From a bacterium (GTDB taxonomy: Bacteria > Caldisericota > Caldisericia > UBA6126), in the NCBI GenBank assembly GCA_021372585.1, contig JAJFUD010000059.1:2035-66034 (forward strand): a stretch of DNA of 64,000 nucleotides. The letters are read 5' to 3'. Of the stretch, positions 31,711 to 43,038 are shown piece by piece. Every line of letters starts with the position of its first letter. The first letter of the stretch is position 1. Below the pieces are notes generated by a model. That model was not told the origin of the DNA, did not search any database, and worked only from the letters and a program-made list of their open reading frames with translations. Both the position numbers and the translations under genes were made by a program.

Positions 31711-33136
31711 ATTAGTCATAGGACTTGAGATTCATATTCAGCTGAATACAAAAAACAAATTATTCTGTCAATGCCCTGTTGCGTTCGGGGATACCATCAA
31801 TACCAATACATGCCCGATATGTCTCGGGTATCCGGGTGCTCTTCCTCATATGAACCAGGAAGCTGTTAGAATGGGCATTGAATTGGGTTTGGCTTTAAAA
31901 GGTAATATACAGCAACATTCTTATTTTGAGAGAAAAAATTACTTTTATCCTGATTTGCCCAAAGGATATCAGATAACCCAACATTCAGCCCCTTTAGTAA
32001 AAAACGGTTTTCTAAGAATCCAACACAAAAAAATCCGGATTGAGCAAATTCATCTGGAAGAAGACACTGCAAAATTAACCCATGAAGGCAATTTTGTGAA
32101 TTTAGAAGTTGATTTCAACCGGTCAGGCATTCCTTTGCTTGAAGTCGTCACGAAGCCTGACATAGAATCTCCAGATGAAGCTGTAAGATTTCTAACCAAC
32201 TTGAAAAAGATCGTAGAATATCTTGGTGTTTCTTCCGGAAAGATGGAAGAAGGCGCCCTACGATGCGATGTGAATATATCATTGAGTTCGACAGGCAAGC
32301 ATCCTCATTATCGAATCGAGGTGAAAAACCTGAATTCATTCCGTTCAGTCTATAAATCTATTTTATTCGAACTGGCCAGACAGGAAGAATTCTTGAACCA
32401 ACATCAAAAACCAATCTCTGAAACCAGAGGCTTTGATGATAAAACCGAAGAAACATTCTTATTGCGTAAGAAAGCTAGTGCTTATGATTACCGCTATTTT
32501 CCAGAACCGGATTTGCTAGCAATCCATATCAGTCCAGAAGAAATAGAATCAATCAGAAATCAATTACCTGAACTCCCGGCTCAAGCCAGGAAAAGATTAA
32601 TGGAGAAGTATGGATTATCGATTATAAAAGCCAACAGTATCAGTGCTTCCAGAACTTTATGCTCATTTTTTGAACAAACCAACGCTCTTTATCCTGATCC
32701 AAAAAAAATTGTCAATTGGTTGTTAACAGATTTTTTTAAAAACCTTAACAAATATAATTTGACTTTGCTAACACAAAAAATGAAACCAATTCACTTTGCT
32801 TCATTATTACGTATATTAGATTCTGGATCAGTATCTGCTAATCATGGTAAACAAATTTTGGAAATCATGATGAAGGAAGGGCTAGAGCCTGAACAAATTA
32901 TTCATTCTTTACATTTAACCCAAGAAAACAATCCTGATGTTTTGGATAAATGGATAGATATGGCGCTTGCAAAATACCCCAAGGAAATAAGGGTATATCA
33001 ATCCGGAAAAAATAATATAATTGACATGTTTGTTGGGGAAGTATTGGAAATCTCGCTGGGAAGAGCCAATCCTGTTTTAGTAAAAAGCAGGTTGGAAACA
33101 AGATTAATGAAAAAAAGTACGGATAAAGGAAGGTAG
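31703..33136 (+). CDS. gatB: Glu/Asp-tRNA amidotransferase subunit B
   Basis: Start placed at MRKLVIGLEIHIQL (8-bp overlap with gatA). GatB N-terminal cradle and C-terminal YqeY-like domain. Confidence 0.9.
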   Translation: MRKLVIGLEIHIQLNTKNKLFCQCPVAFGDTINTNTCPICLGYPGALPHMNQEAVRMGIELGLALKGNIQQHSYFERKNYFYPDLPKGYQITQHSAPLVKNGFLRIQHKKIRIEQIHLEEDTAKLTHEGNFVNLEVDFNRSGIPLLEVVTKPDIESPDEAVRFLTNLKKIVEYLGVSSGKMEEGALRCDVNISLSSTGKHPHYRIEVKNLNSFRSVYKSILFELARQEEFLNQHQKPISETRGFDDKTEETFLLRKKASAYDYRYFPEPDLLAIHISPEEIESIRNQLPELPAQARKRLMEKYGLSIIKANSISASRTLCSFFEQTNALYPDPKKIVNWLLTDFFKNLNKYNLTLLTQKMKPIHFASLLRILDSGSVSANHGKQILEIMMKEGLEPEQIIHSLHLTQENNPDVLDKWIDMALAKYPKEIRVYQSGKNNIIDMFVGEVLEISLGRANPVLVKSRLETRLMKKSTDKGR

Positions 33137-33141
33137 CCAAT

Positions 33142-34596
33142 ATGGGCAAACGGTTAGATCAAACAAGGGCTCCCTATTATGATGCTGTCATGGAGTATAT
33201 TAAAAAAGGAAGAACGGCGTTTCACATGCCTGGTCATGCCAGAGGAAGAATTGTCCCTCAAGAATTAATCGATTTCTTTGGAGAGAATATGTACCTGGGA
33301 GATCTGACTGAAGTGCAAGGTTTAGATTACCTGCACAAACCCGAGGGGGTCATCAAGGAAGCCCAGGAAATTGCAGCAGACGCGTTTGGCGCCGATCAGT
33401 CTTTTTTTCTGGTGAATGGTAGTACAATCGGCGTTATTGCCATGATGATGGCAGCAGTCAATCCTCATGAAAAAATCATTCTTCAGCGTAATACTCATCG
33501 GTCTGCTATCGCGGGTTTGGTTCTCGGTCAAATGGAACCGGTTTTTATTCAAACCCGATTTCACCCGGAATTAAATATGATGACCGGTATTACTCCAGCT
33601 GATTTGCGTGATACGATCCGGGCAAATCCGACCGCGAAAGCGGTTCTTCTTACCTGCCCTAACTATTTTGGGATGTCAGAAAATACCGAAGAACTCATTA
33701 AAATTGCCAGAGCTAACAATTTAACCGTATTAGTTGATGAAGCCCATGGAGTTCATCTGCATTTCCACCCTGACTTACCGGTATCAGCTGTAGATTTACG
33801 TGCTGACATGGTTGTGCAGAGTCTTCATAAAACAATGCCCAGCCTAACTCAAACTTCTATTCTTCATTTAAATGGCACTCTCATCGATCCAAGGCGTGTA
33901 CAGACATTGTTGTCCTATTTACAAAGCTCTTCTCCGAATTACCTGTTCATGGTTTCAATGGATTGTGCGAGAAGACTATTTGCATTAAATGGAGAAGAAA
34001 TTCTCGATAGAGCGATAGAAACGGCGGACAAAGCCAGAAACAGAATCAAAACACTTCAACATCTCTATTCATTCAGGGAAGAGGTGATTGATGATAAAAC
34101 AATCTGCTCATTTGATCCTACTAAACTGACGATCTGTGTTAAAAATGCTGGATATACTGGATATGAAGTAGAACCCATCCTGAATGATAAGTTTAATATT
34201 GAGATAGAATTAGCCGACCTGAATAATATTCTGTGCTTCATTACCGCTGGCAATACAGACCAAGATATAGACCATTTATTCGAAGCGTTACAGTATTTGG
34301 ATAAAAACCCAAGAGAGGTGGTAGATAAAAATATCACTAAATTACCCAGGATTCCCAACTCTATTTTAGATCCTTGGGAAGTATTCTCGATGAAACCGAT
34401 TACGCAGGAGTTTGAACATGCCGATGGTGAAATTGCTTATGAAGTCATCGCTCCCTATCCTCCCGGCATCGCCTATGTGGTTCCGGGCGAGATCATCACG
34501 CAGGAAGTAGTCGATTTGGTGACTGAGTTGCGTGCTAAAGGCTCAGTAGTGCAAGGTGTCAGTCCTGACAACGAAGTTAAAATTGTAAAATACTAA
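33142..34596 (+). CDS. Orn/Lys/Arg decarboxylase family PLP-dependent enzyme
   Basis: 484 aa. N-terminal HMPGH motif and SLHKT PLP-lysine region typical of the OKR_DC_1 family. Confidence 0.8.
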   Translation: MGKRLDQTRAPYYDAVMEYIKKGRTAFHMPGHARGRIVPQELIDFFGENMYLGDLTEVQGLDYLHKPEGVIKEAQEIAADAFGADQSFFLVNGSTIGVIAMMMAAVNPHEKIILQRNTHRSAIAGLVLGQMEPVFIQTRFHPELNMMTGITPADLRDTIRANPTAKAVLLTCPNYFGMSENTEELIKIARANNLTVLVDEAHGVHLHFHPDLPVSAVDLRADMVVQSLHKTMPSLTQTSILHLNGTLIDPRRVQTLLSYLQSSSPNYLFMVSMDCARRLFALNGEEILDRAIETADKARNRIKTLQHLYSFREEVIDDKTICSFDPTKLTICVKNAGYTGYEVEPILNDKFNIEIELADLNNILCFITAGNTDQDIDHLFEALQYLDKNPREVVDKNITKLPRIPNSILDPWEVFSMKPITQEFEHADGEIAYEVIAPYPPGIAYVVPGEIITQEVVDLVTELRAKGSVVQGVSPDNEVKIVKY

Positions 34597-34620
34597 AGTT
34601 TTGTTATAAAGGAAACTAAG

Positions 34621-34935
34621 ATGGAGATAAATGATTTGTTTACTAAGGTCCTGGAGTTAGAAAAATTTTCAAATCAAACGTTGGAAGAAGCTAATCAAAA
34701 AGCCTTAGAAATAAGACAAAATGCAGAAAAAACGGTACAGGAAACATCACAAATATACCAAAAAGAGCTGTTAGCTTTTGAAAAACAGCTGGAAGAGGCG
34801 TTAAACAAAGAACAAGCTGAAAAAGCAGCTTACTATCAAAAAGAGATAGAAATGCAAGCAGAAAGGATAAATCAACAGTTTGCTGTTTCTCTACCTACCA
34901 TTGCTGAATGGTTTAAAAAAGATATAGAGCAGTAA
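34621..34935 (+). CDS. ntpF: V-type ATPase small peripheral-stalk subunit (G/H-like; NtpF position)
   Basis: 104-aa charged coiled coil. First gene of the V-ATPase operon. Confidence 0.6.
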   Translation: MEINDLFTKVLELEKFSNQTLEEANQKALEIRQNAEKTVQETSQIYQKELLAFEKQLEEALNKEQAEKAAYYQKEIEMQAERINQQFAVSLPTIAEWFKKDIEQ

Positions 34936-34946
34936 CTCATTAATCC

Positions 34947-36947
34947 ATGGCATTAGAAAAGTTTTTCCATGTACAGGTTGTTGTTCCCAAAATAAAAGCC
35001 GATTCTTTCCGGGATTTCCTTCACCGGGAAGGTGTGATGCACCTTCAGAACATTTCCTCCATTGCAAAACCGTATTATTCATCAAAACAGGAAGAACTAC
35101 AAGTACATTTAGAAATCAGTCAAGTGAAAAATATTACCCAAACCTTTGAAAAACTATTTCCAAAAGCCACTCCTTTTCTCGAGAACTTTATTCCGTATAA
35201 GCCGCAATTTTCAAACAAACAGATACAGAGTATCGACGAAACCTTTTCAATACCTGATTTTTATGAAGAAATCAACCGTTTGATCGATGAGAAAGACTCC
35301 CTTACAAAAAGCATCGAGTTAATCGATTCACAACTTCAAATCCTGCTTCCTCTGGAACACCTTACTATCCCGTTTGAATCGTTGCTGTCTCTGAAAACAC
35401 TTTGTATATTCATCACAAAAGTAAATAATAAACAATTTGCGGACTTCAGCACGATTCCATATATCCATCATAACGTAATGATTGAATCATTTCCTGTCGG
35501 TGACGACCATATCATGATACTGGTTTCCAAATCAGAACATCAGGAAGCTATACTGGAACACATGAAACGTCTCAGTGTACAAGAATTAGACTGGAAGCAG
35601 TTCGAAGGCATTTCCTGTCAAGTCCTGACCTCTTTACGACATACTAAGTCTCAGGCAGAAGAGAAGCTAACACAAATTCAGAACTCCCTGCAAGAACTTT
35701 CAAACAAAAAAGATCTCCTTACCCTAAAAAAGGATATCTTGGATTCCCGGTTGAACAAAATTAACGATTCAGGTTCATTTGCAGAATCGCAATATGTGGT
35801 CATGATTGATGGATTTTTACCCCAATCCAAACAATCTCTCTTTGAAGAACACCTACATACAGATTATCCCGATGTATATATTCAAAAAGCAAAAGCGGAA
35901 GACCCGCCTGTCAATTTTAAAAACAATGCTTTTTTCAAGCCTTTCGAGTTTATCATCCGTATGTTTGCTCTGCCCAGAAGCGGGATGATCGACCCTACCC
36001 CAGTTGTGGCTATTGTTTATTTAATTTTATTCGGATTAGCGTTTGGAGACGTTATATATGGATTGTTACTGGTTCTCTTCTGCGCTTTTGGTATGAAAAA
36101 ATTTAAACAAGATATTGGAGTAGTCTTATTCTTCAAGTTATTTTTCTATTCAGGTATATCTGCTATGATATTCGGTGCTCTGACGAACTCATGGGCAGGA
36201 GATCTAATCTCTACTGTCTACTTACCCGCTAACCATTTTCTCGTAAAACTCAGTAACAGTGTCAAGATGATCAATTCGATGGAACAAGTCATGACCCTTC
36301 TGATTGCTATACTCTATTTAGGTACGTTTGTTCAAATGCTGGGCGTATTCTGCGCCATGCTTCAGAACATTAAAGACCATCATTACCGAGATGCTTTTTT
36401 TGACCAATTAACTTGGCTAATATTTATTCCATCAGCCTTTTTGTTTGCCGGTGAGTTTTTGGCTCCGGGGTATTACCCGGCTGTATTAATCCGAATAGCG
36501 CAGTATGCCATCATAGTCACAATGGTGCTTTTGTTTATCGGAGGTACTTTAAAGAGTCGAAATCCTGTCGCGAAAATAGCAAAAGGATTTTTAAATTTAT
36601 ATGGCATCATCAGCTCTTACGGGATTGCTTCCATCTTATCAGACGTACTTTCTTACCTTCGACTATTAGCTTTAGCTGTGGCCACCTCTTCCATGGCAAT
36701 GTCCTTTAACTTGATTTCTTTTTTAATAAAAGACATACCTTTGTTGGGACCTGTTCTGGTTATTATTCTGCTGGTGCTCACGAATATGTTGAATTTCCTC
36801 TTAAGTATTCTGGGAGCTTTCATCCATCCTGTCAGGCTTATTTTTTATGAATTTTTTGGTCGGTTTTTCCAGGATGGTGGAACTGACTATAAACCTTATT
36901 CAAATCAATATAAACATGTTTTAGTTAACGAGGAGGCAAAACAATGA
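34947..36947 (+). CDS. ntpI: V-type ATPase subunit I (a-subunit)
   Basis: Soluble N-terminal half plus C-terminal TM bundle. Conserved LSYLRLLALAVA with the essential Arg. Confidence 0.85.
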   Translation: MALEKFFHVQVVVPKIKADSFRDFLHREGVMHLQNISSIAKPYYSSKQEELQVHLEISQVKNITQTFEKLFPKATPFLENFIPYKPQFSNKQIQSIDETFSIPDFYEEINRLIDEKDSLTKSIELIDSQLQILLPLEHLTIPFESLLSLKTLCIFITKVNNKQFADFSTIPYIHHNVMIESFPVGDDHIMILVSKSEHQEAILEHMKRLSVQELDWKQFEGISCQVLTSLRHTKSQAEEKLTQIQNSLQELSNKKDLLTLKKDILDSRLNKINDSGSFAESQYVVMIDGFLPQSKQSLFEEHLHTDYPDVYIQKAKAEDPPVNFKNNAFFKPFEFIIRMFALPRSGMIDPTPVVAIVYLILFGLAFGDVIYGLLLVLFCAFGMKKFKQDIGVVLFFKLFFYSGISAMIFGALTNSWAGDLISTVYLPANHFLVKLSNSVKMINSMEQVMTLLIAILYLGTFVQMLGVFCAMLQNIKDHHYRDAFFDQLTWLIFIPSAFLFAGEFLAPGYYPAVLIRIAQYAIIVTMVLLFIGGTLKSRNPVAKIAKGFLNLYGIISSYGIASILSDVLSYLRLLALAVATSSMAMSFNLISFLIKDIPLLGPVLVIILLVLTNMLNFLLSILGAFIHPVRLIFYEFFGRFFQDGGTDYKPYSNQYKHVLVNEEAKQ

Positions 36948-37453
36948 CATTTGTAGGATTGCTGAACGAATTTTTCTTTGCCAATGGTATGAGTTGGATG
37001 GTTATCGGACTTTTCTGCTGCTTAATGCTGGGCGGTCTAGGATCAGCCAAAGGCCTATATATCAGCGGGAATCAGATGGCTGGTACTCTATCCGAAAAAC
37101 CGGACCTGTTCGGTAAGTTATTAGTATTGATGGCACTTCCCGGTACTCAAGGTGTCTATGCGTTTGTCTTAACCTTTGCCGGCATGATTATCTTAAAATT
37201 TAATACAGGCGGAGAATTAAGCGTTCTCAAAGGAATCGTTCTATTTTTTAGTTTTATTTTTATTGGCATGGTACTCTACCTTTCAGCGATTTATCAAGGC
37301 AAAAATTCTGCCGCTGCGATCAACCTCGTAGCAAAGCAACCGGATAAAGCAGGCGGCGCTATCCTAATACCCGCCTTAGTTGAAACTTATGCACTACTTG
37401 CTTTTGTAGCTGGCTTTGTTCTGTTGATATTTATCTCCGGAAGTACTTTATAA
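36944..37453 (+). CDS. ntpK: V-type ATPase proteolipid subunit K (16-kDa double hairpin)
   Basis: Near-identical motifs to E. hirae NtpK: LPGTQG.Y (helix 2), YQGK (helix 3), ALVETYALL (helix 4). Confidence 0.9.
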   Translation: MTFVGLLNEFFFANGMSWMVIGLFCCLMLGGLGSAKGLYISGNQMAGTLSEKPDLFGKLLVLMALPGTQGVYAFVLTFAGMIILKFNTGGELSVLKGIVLFFSFIFIGMVLYLSAIYQGKNSAAAINLVAKQPDKAGGAILIPALVETYALLAFVAGFVLLIFISGSTL

Positions 37454-37455
37454 AA

Positions 37456-38034
37456 ATGGACCAGTCATCCCTTGAGCAACTTGTTACTAATGAGGCGAAA
37501 TCACAAGCGGCTTCTTTGATAGATTCTTCTGAACATGAAGCTTTGCAATATATTGCCAAGGAAAAAGCACGCCTTGCGAATTTGCATCAGGAACAAAAAC
37601 AGAAATTAACCGCTGAGTTTGAATCTAAAAAAAGTTTCCTGTTTTTTACGATGGAATCAGACTTTAAGAAAAAGCTTCTCCAAAAAAGACAATCGCTGAT
37701 GGACCAGCTTGCTATCTCTTTGCATAAGAACTTTTTAGAAATGATCCGGCTAAAGCCAAATCTTCTTTTAAAGAAAACAATCTCTCAGCTTACCTCTAAA
37801 AATGGTGAGTTGAAAGTGAGCAAAGAGCTTTCAGGCATTATTACCAATGAGCTGATACAACAATTCAACCAGGAAAATCAAAGTATTTTTAAGTTTACGG
37901 GAGTCGATGCTCAATTAGAACCCGGTATTGCTGTTTTAAACGGCACCACCAGATATATTTATTCCTTACAAGAATTTATAGACAATTTCCTTGAAAAAAA
38001 TCATTCTGATATCACCAAGCTGTTGCAATTCTAA
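37456..38034 (+). CDS. ntpE: V-type ATPase subunit E
   Basis: Position and size. N-terminal coiled coil plus C-terminal globular domain. Confidence 0.7.
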   Translation: MDQSSLEQLVTNEAKSQAASLIDSSEHEALQYIAKEKARLANLHQEQKQKLTAEFESKKSFLFFTMESDFKKKLLQKRQSLMDQLAISLHKNFLEMIRLKPNLLLKKTISQLTSKNGELKVSKELSGIITNELIQQFNQENQSIFKFTGVDAQLEPGIAVLNGTTRYIYSLQEFIDNFLEKNHSDITKLLQF

Positions 38035-38035
38035 A

Positions 38036-38872
38036 ATGAATATAAGGCATCAAGTACCTGAAGAAGACTATTCATATCTGTCAGGGTATTTAAAAGCCCG
38101 GGAAGGTCTTTTTTATTCACCAGAAGCGATTCAAAGGCAGTTCCAGCTATTTGATCTGGTTGAATTGGAAAAGATGCTCTCCTCCAACAGATATCCTGTC
38201 AAAGAGGTCATGAATGACCCAAAAGCGTTTGAAAATACTCTTTGGGGCGTGTACTTTGGAGAATTAAAAACAATCCGGGCTTTACTCCCTGAAACGTATC
38301 TAAGCAAATATATACATTCTCTGCACGGTGTGTTATTTCTGCAGGATGAAGGAGAAACGGTAGAGCTTGGTTGTAAACTCTTTATGACCCGATTCGAAGA
38401 ATTTATGGCTATTTCCCTTACCGGTTCTGAAATGACTCGATCCATCGCAAAGTATACGGCAGACCGTTTTAACTTTCTGGAACAATTCCGGACTAAATTA
38501 AATCCTCTCAGTATTCCTCCGTATTATTCCGGTGGTAATCTTTCCGAAAAAGCTATTCAGCAGTTGATTCAGTCAGAGTTCTCGGATGTTGATATTACGA
38601 TTACAGACACTGACTGGATATCATTCATTATCCAAGAAAGACCTCTCAAGAAGATCGATTTTGATTTTTTAAACCGGTTTGATATTTATTGGTGGCATAT
38701 CCTTCGAACTTTTTCCGATGATTTTCAGGCACAAGCTTATGGGATGGACTATATTATCTCTTATTTGTTACGTTTCGTTCGCGAGATTGAACTAATCAAA
38801 AGGATTTATATTTATGCAAAATACAAGCTTCCAACAGAATTGCTAAAGGAGAAACTAAACAATGTCCTTTAA
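38036..38872 (+). CDS. ntpC: V-type ATPase subunit C (d-subunit)
   Basis: Start placed at the ATG just after the subunit E stop. Position in the operon. Confidence 0.7.
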   Translation: MNIRHQVPEEDYSYLSGYLKAREGLFYSPEAIQRQFQLFDLVELEKMLSSNRYPVKEVMNDPKAFENTLWGVYFGELKTIRALLPETYLSKYIHSLHGVLFLQDEGETVELGCKLFMTRFEEFMAISLTGSEMTRSIAKYTADRFNFLEQFRTKLNPLSIPPYYSGGNLSEKAIQQLIQSEFSDVDITITDTDWISFIIQERPLKKIDFDFLNRFDIYWWHILRTFSDDFQAQAYGMDYIISYLLRFVREIELIKRIYIYAKYKLPTELLKEKLNNVL

Positions 38873-39206
38873 GATTACCGGATGTATAATTGGTGAACGT
38901 GATATTATCAGAATATTTGAAGCCTTTTCTTTTGCCACCATACCGGTAAAAACAACTGAAGAGTTTAATAAAGTTTTGCATGATGAAATTGAATCGGGCC
39001 GGTATAAAATGTTAATTATTACAGAAACATTCGTTCTCCATATTGACCTTGAGAATGAATTGCTAATCAAAGAAAAAAAACCGATTATTTTATCAATCCC
39101 GACCAATTCAGGATCCAGGGAAAATGCTGTTCGATCACTCAGCAATATGATTCGAAAAGCCGTTGGGATCGATTTATTATCGATCGAAGGAGAAAAATCA
39201 ATATGA
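38862..39206 (+). CDS. ntpG: V-type ATPase subunit F (NtpG position)
   Basis: 114 aa, with the position and fold signature of subunit F. Confidence 0.7.
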   Translation: MSFKITGCIIGERDIIRIFEAFSFATIPVKTTEEFNKVLHDEIESGRYKMLIITETFVLHIDLENELLIKEKKPIILSIPTNSGSRENAVRSLSNMIRKAVGIDLLSIEGEKSI

Positions 39207-40966
39207 CAAATGGAAAAATAGTCAGTATTTCCGGTCCTTTGGTAATTGCCGAAGCCCTACCTGAAGCCAAGATGTATGAAGTCGTCCGTATTGGAAGAGA
39301 TAAGTTGTTTGGAGAGATAATTGAATTACATAAACAACTTGTCTATATTCAATGCTACGAAGAAACTCAAGGCTTGCATCCCGGTGAAGAGGTATTTCTG
39401 CAAAAAGAACAGTTATCTGTAGAATTAGGACCTGGCTTGATTGGTTCTATATATGACGGTATCCAAAGACCTTTGGATTTTATTTATAAACAATACGGTG
39501 ACTTTATTCCAAAAGGAGTCGATGCTAATCCACTCCCAATCGATAAATCCTGGCAATTTACTCCCTTATTGAAACCGGGTGACACGGTCACTCCGGGAAA
39601 AAAGATCGGATTTGTTCAGGAAACAGAATCGGTCAAGCATTTTATCCTCGCTCCTTATGATTGCGAAGGTACACTTCAGTCGATACAAGCAGGATCGTTT
39701 ACGATTCGCCAATCGATTGCGCAAGTTAAACAAGACGACAAAGTGAGAGATTTATTTCTCTCTCAAACATGGCCGGTCAGAAAAAGCAGACCCTACTTAA
39801 ATAAATTGGTTCCAGATGAACCGCTTATTACCGGTCAACGCGTTATCGATATGTTTTTCCCTGTCGCCAACGGCGGTACTGCTTGCGTACCCGGACCATT
39901 CGGCAGCGGAAAGACAGTTATCCAGCACCAACTCGCCAAATGGGCGACAGCAGATATTATTGTGTATGTAGGTTGTGGGGAACGTGGAAATGAAATGACA
40001 GACGTGTTAATGGAGTTTCCTCATTTAAAAGATCCAAAAACTGGCCGTTCTCTGATGGAAAAGACGGTTTTAATTGCCAATACATCCAATATGCCTGTAG
40101 CCGCCAGAGAGGCTTCGGTTTTCTCCGGTATTACTATCGCTGAATACTTTCGCGATATGGGGTACCGGGTCGCCTTAATGGCTGATTCTACCTCACGATG
40201 GGCAGAAGCTATGCGTGAGATTTCCGGAAGATTGGAAGAGATGCCCGGTGAAGAAGGGTATCCTGCCTATTTATCTTCCCGTATCGCTTCTTTCTATGAA
40301 AGATCCGGAAAAATAAAAACATTGGATAACGATATTGGCTCACTCAGTGTAATCGGCGCCGTATCTCCTCCGGGAGGTGATTTATCCGAACCGGTCGTAC
40401 AATCCACTCTCCGCGTAGTAAAAGTATTCTGGTCATTAGAAGATAAACTCGCATACGCAAGACACTTCCCCGCTATACATTGGTTAAACAGCTATACCCT
40501 GTACCAGAAAATTTCCGATGCCTATTACGCAAAGAATGTGGATCCAGCCTGGCCAACGATTCGCGAAACCGCCATGAGCTTGCTACAAAAAGAGAATGAA
40601 TTACAGGAAATCGTTCGTTTGGTTGGAACAGATGCTCTCTCTGAAGCAGAAAAACTGATTATGGAGATTTCCAAATCCATCAAAGAAGATTTTTTGCATC
40701 AAAATGCTTTTGATGACATCGATACTTTTACCAGTGCCAAGAAACAATTCTTTATGCTTCGAAATATCATTACCTATTACCAGGAAGGTTTCGAAGCTTT
40801 AAAACAAAAAAATATCCTGACTGAATTTTTAATGAAATTACCGGTCAGGGAGAAAATCGGTCGCGTAAAATATATACCGGAAACTGAATTAGATCAATGT
40901 GATCTTTCAGATGAGATCAGGGAAGCCATTCGAAATATTTCCCAGATGAGTGAGGTAAGTGCCTGA
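39203..40966 (+). CDS. ntpA: V-type ATPase catalytic subunit A
   Basis: Walker A GPFGSGKT. 587 aa with the non-homologous insert region typical of A subunits. Confidence 0.95.
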   Translation: MTNGKIVSISGPLVIAEALPEAKMYEVVRIGRDKLFGEIIELHKQLVYIQCYEETQGLHPGEEVFLQKEQLSVELGPGLIGSIYDGIQRPLDFIYKQYGDFIPKGVDANPLPIDKSWQFTPLLKPGDTVTPGKKIGFVQETESVKHFILAPYDCEGTLQSIQAGSFTIRQSIAQVKQDDKVRDLFLSQTWPVRKSRPYLNKLVPDEPLITGQRVIDMFFPVANGGTACVPGPFGSGKTVIQHQLAKWATADIIVYVGCGERGNEMTDVLMEFPHLKDPKTGRSLMEKTVLIANTSNMPVAAREASVFSGITIAEYFRDMGYRVALMADSTSRWAEAMREISGRLEEMPGEEGYPAYLSSRIASFYERSGKIKTLDNDIGSLSVIGAVSPPGGDLSEPVVQSTLRVVKVFWSLEDKLAYARHFPAIHWLNSYTLYQKISDAYYAKNVDPAWPTIRETAMSLLQKENELQEIVRLVGTDALSEAEKLIMEISKSIKEDFLHQNAFDDIDTFTSAKKQFFMLRNIITYYQEGFEALKQKNILTEFLMKLPVREKIGRVKYIPETELDQCDLSDEIREAIRNISQMSEVSA

Positions 40967-42345
40967 TGATAAAAGAATATAAATCTCTTACAGACGTTGC
41001 CGGTCCTATTATTATTATTGAGGGTGTCGAAGAATGCAGTTTTGGAGAGCTGGTTGAAGTATACCTGCCAGACGGCACCATACGCAAAGGTGAGGTTCTG
41101 GAAGCACATAAGAACCATGCCCTGGTTCAATTGTTTGAAGGAACCAGTGACCTGAATATCGCTTCTACCAGAATTCGGTTCAAAGGAAAACCCATTGAGA
41201 TCAACCTTTCCCCGGACATTATCGGTAGAATTTTTAATGGGTTTGGAAAACCAATTGATCAAGGCGGTCCCATCATTTCCGAGAAAAGTGTCTCTATCAT
41301 CGGCAACCCAATCAATCCTTATTCCCGGGATTATCCATCAGAGTTTATCCAAACCGGTATTTCCTCGATAGACGGCTTGAACACCTTGGTCAGGGGACAG
41401 AAACTCCCCATTTTCTCCGGTGCAGGTTTACCGCACAACGAAATCGCTTTACAAATTGCCAGACAAGCCAAAGTTTTAGGTAAAGAGGAAAAGTTTGCGG
41501 TTGTGTTCGGAGCAATTGGTGTAACATTTGAAGAATCCAACACTTTCATCGAATCTCTACGCGAGAGTGGTGCTTTAGAACGATCCGTATTATTCATCAA
41601 CCTTGCTTCAGACCCTGTTATTGAAAGAATCAGTACCCCCCGTTTTGCCCTGACAACTGCTGAATACCTTGCTTTTGAATTAGATATACAGGTGTTAGTC
41701 ATTCTAACCGATATGACAAACTATTGCGAAGCGCTTCGAGAAGTTTCCGCTGCCCGTAAAGAGATACCCGGTCGCAGGGGCTACCCGGGATATATGTATA
41801 CAAACTTGGCTACTATCTATGAGCGTTGCGGTAGAATAAAAGGAAAAAAAGGCTCGATTACGATGATGCCGATTTTAACGATGCCTGATGATGACAAGAC
41901 TCATCCTATTCCGGATTTATCTGGTTATATTACAGAAGGGCAGATTCTGCTTTCTCGCCCGTTACATGCAAAAGGAATTTATCCCTGCGTGGATGTTTTG
42001 CCCTCTCTTTCACGGTTAAAAGACAAAGGAATCGGTGCGGGTAAAACCAGAGAAGACCATGCAAATCTGATGAATCAGCTGTTCTCTGCTTATGCAAAAG
42101 GCAGAGAAGTTCAGGAGTTGGCAGTTATCCTTGGTGAGTCTGCTTTAACCGATCTGGATAAGCTCTATATGAAATTCGCCAATGAATTCGAAGAAAAATA
42201 TGTGAAGCAGGGATCCTATGAAAACCGAACCATCGAGGAAACCATGGATATCGGTTGGGATTTGCTGCGGATCTTGCCGGTTCATGAACTGACACGTGTG
42301 CGTGAAGAATTTATTGAAAAATACTATAAGAAGCCCGGAGCCTAA
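40966..42345 (+). CDS. ntpB: V-type ATPase subunit B
   Basis: 459-aa B-subunit homolog lacking a canonical P-loop. Confidence 0.95.
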   Translation: MIKEYKSLTDVAGPIIIIEGVEECSFGELVEVYLPDGTIRKGEVLEAHKNHALVQLFEGTSDLNIASTRIRFKGKPIEINLSPDIIGRIFNGFGKPIDQGGPIISEKSVSIIGNPINPYSRDYPSEFIQTGISSIDGLNTLVRGQKLPIFSGAGLPHNEIALQIARQAKVLGKEEKFAVVFGAIGVTFEESNTFIESLRESGALERSVLFINLASDPVIERISTPRFALTTAEYLAFELDIQVLVILTDMTNYCEALREVSAARKEIPGRRGYPGYMYTNLATIYERCGRIKGKKGSITMMPILTMPDDDKTHPIPDLSGYITEGQILLSRPLHAKGIYPCVDVLPSLSRLKDKGIGAGKTREDHANLMNQLFSAYAKGREVQELAVILGESALTDLDKLYMKFANEFEEKYVKQGSYENRTIEETMDIGWDLLRILPVHELTRVREEFIEKYYKKPGA

Positions 42346-42347
42346 AA

Positions 42348-42977
42348 ATGCCAATCAGAGTCAGCCCTACCCGAATGAAGTTGCTGGATACAAAAAAACG
42401 TTTTCACATGGCAGTTCGGGGTCATAAACTTCTGAAAGAAAAATTAGAAGTTCTCGTCAGGGAGCTGATTAACCTCACCAAGGAATTTGAAAAGCAGGAA
42501 ATGATTGTCGGAAATAAGCTGCCTAAGATACTGGAACGTTTTTTAATTCTTCGCTCTACTGTATCTGATGAAGAAATGGCTCAGATTGTAACCGATTTCC
42601 CTTCAGAATATCAGATCAAGATGAAAGAGAAGAACATCATGAACCTGGTTCTTCCTGTCTTTGAGATAGACCGCGTTGCTGAACGGGAGACTATTTTATC
42701 AAATACAGGTTTAAATCCAGCGTTTGACCAGGTTTTAGAGGAATTTGATACGATTTTGTCAGATTTATTAAAATTGGCAGAATTAGAGTTCTCTATTTAC
42801 GAAATAGCCAAAATTGTGGAAACCACAAAAAGACGTGTAAATGCCTTGGAATATATTCTAATTCCTGAGTTATCAGCTGTGATCAAGTTTATCACAGCAA
42901 AGCTCGATGAAAATGAAAGAGCCAACACTGTCAGGTTAATGAAAATCAAAGATATTCTTAGTCAAAAACAGGCTTGA
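42348..42977 (+). CDS. ntpD: V-type ATPase subunit D
   Basis: 209-aa central-stalk coiled coil. N-terminus MPIRVSPTRMKLL. Confidence 0.85.
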   Translation: MPIRVSPTRMKLLDTKKRFHMAVRGHKLLKEKLEVLVRELINLTKEFEKQEMIVGNKLPKILERFLILRSTVSDEEMAQIVTDFPSEYQIKMKEKNIMNLVLPVFEIDRVAERETILSNTGLNPAFDQVLEEFDTILSDLLKLAELEFSIYEIAKIVETTKRRVNALEYILIPELSAVIKFITAKLDENERANTVRLMKIKDILSQKQA

Positions 42978-43038
42978 CAATACCTCATATATTATTTTAC
43001 AATATTCATAATTGGGAATAATAAAACTGAGGTGTAAT

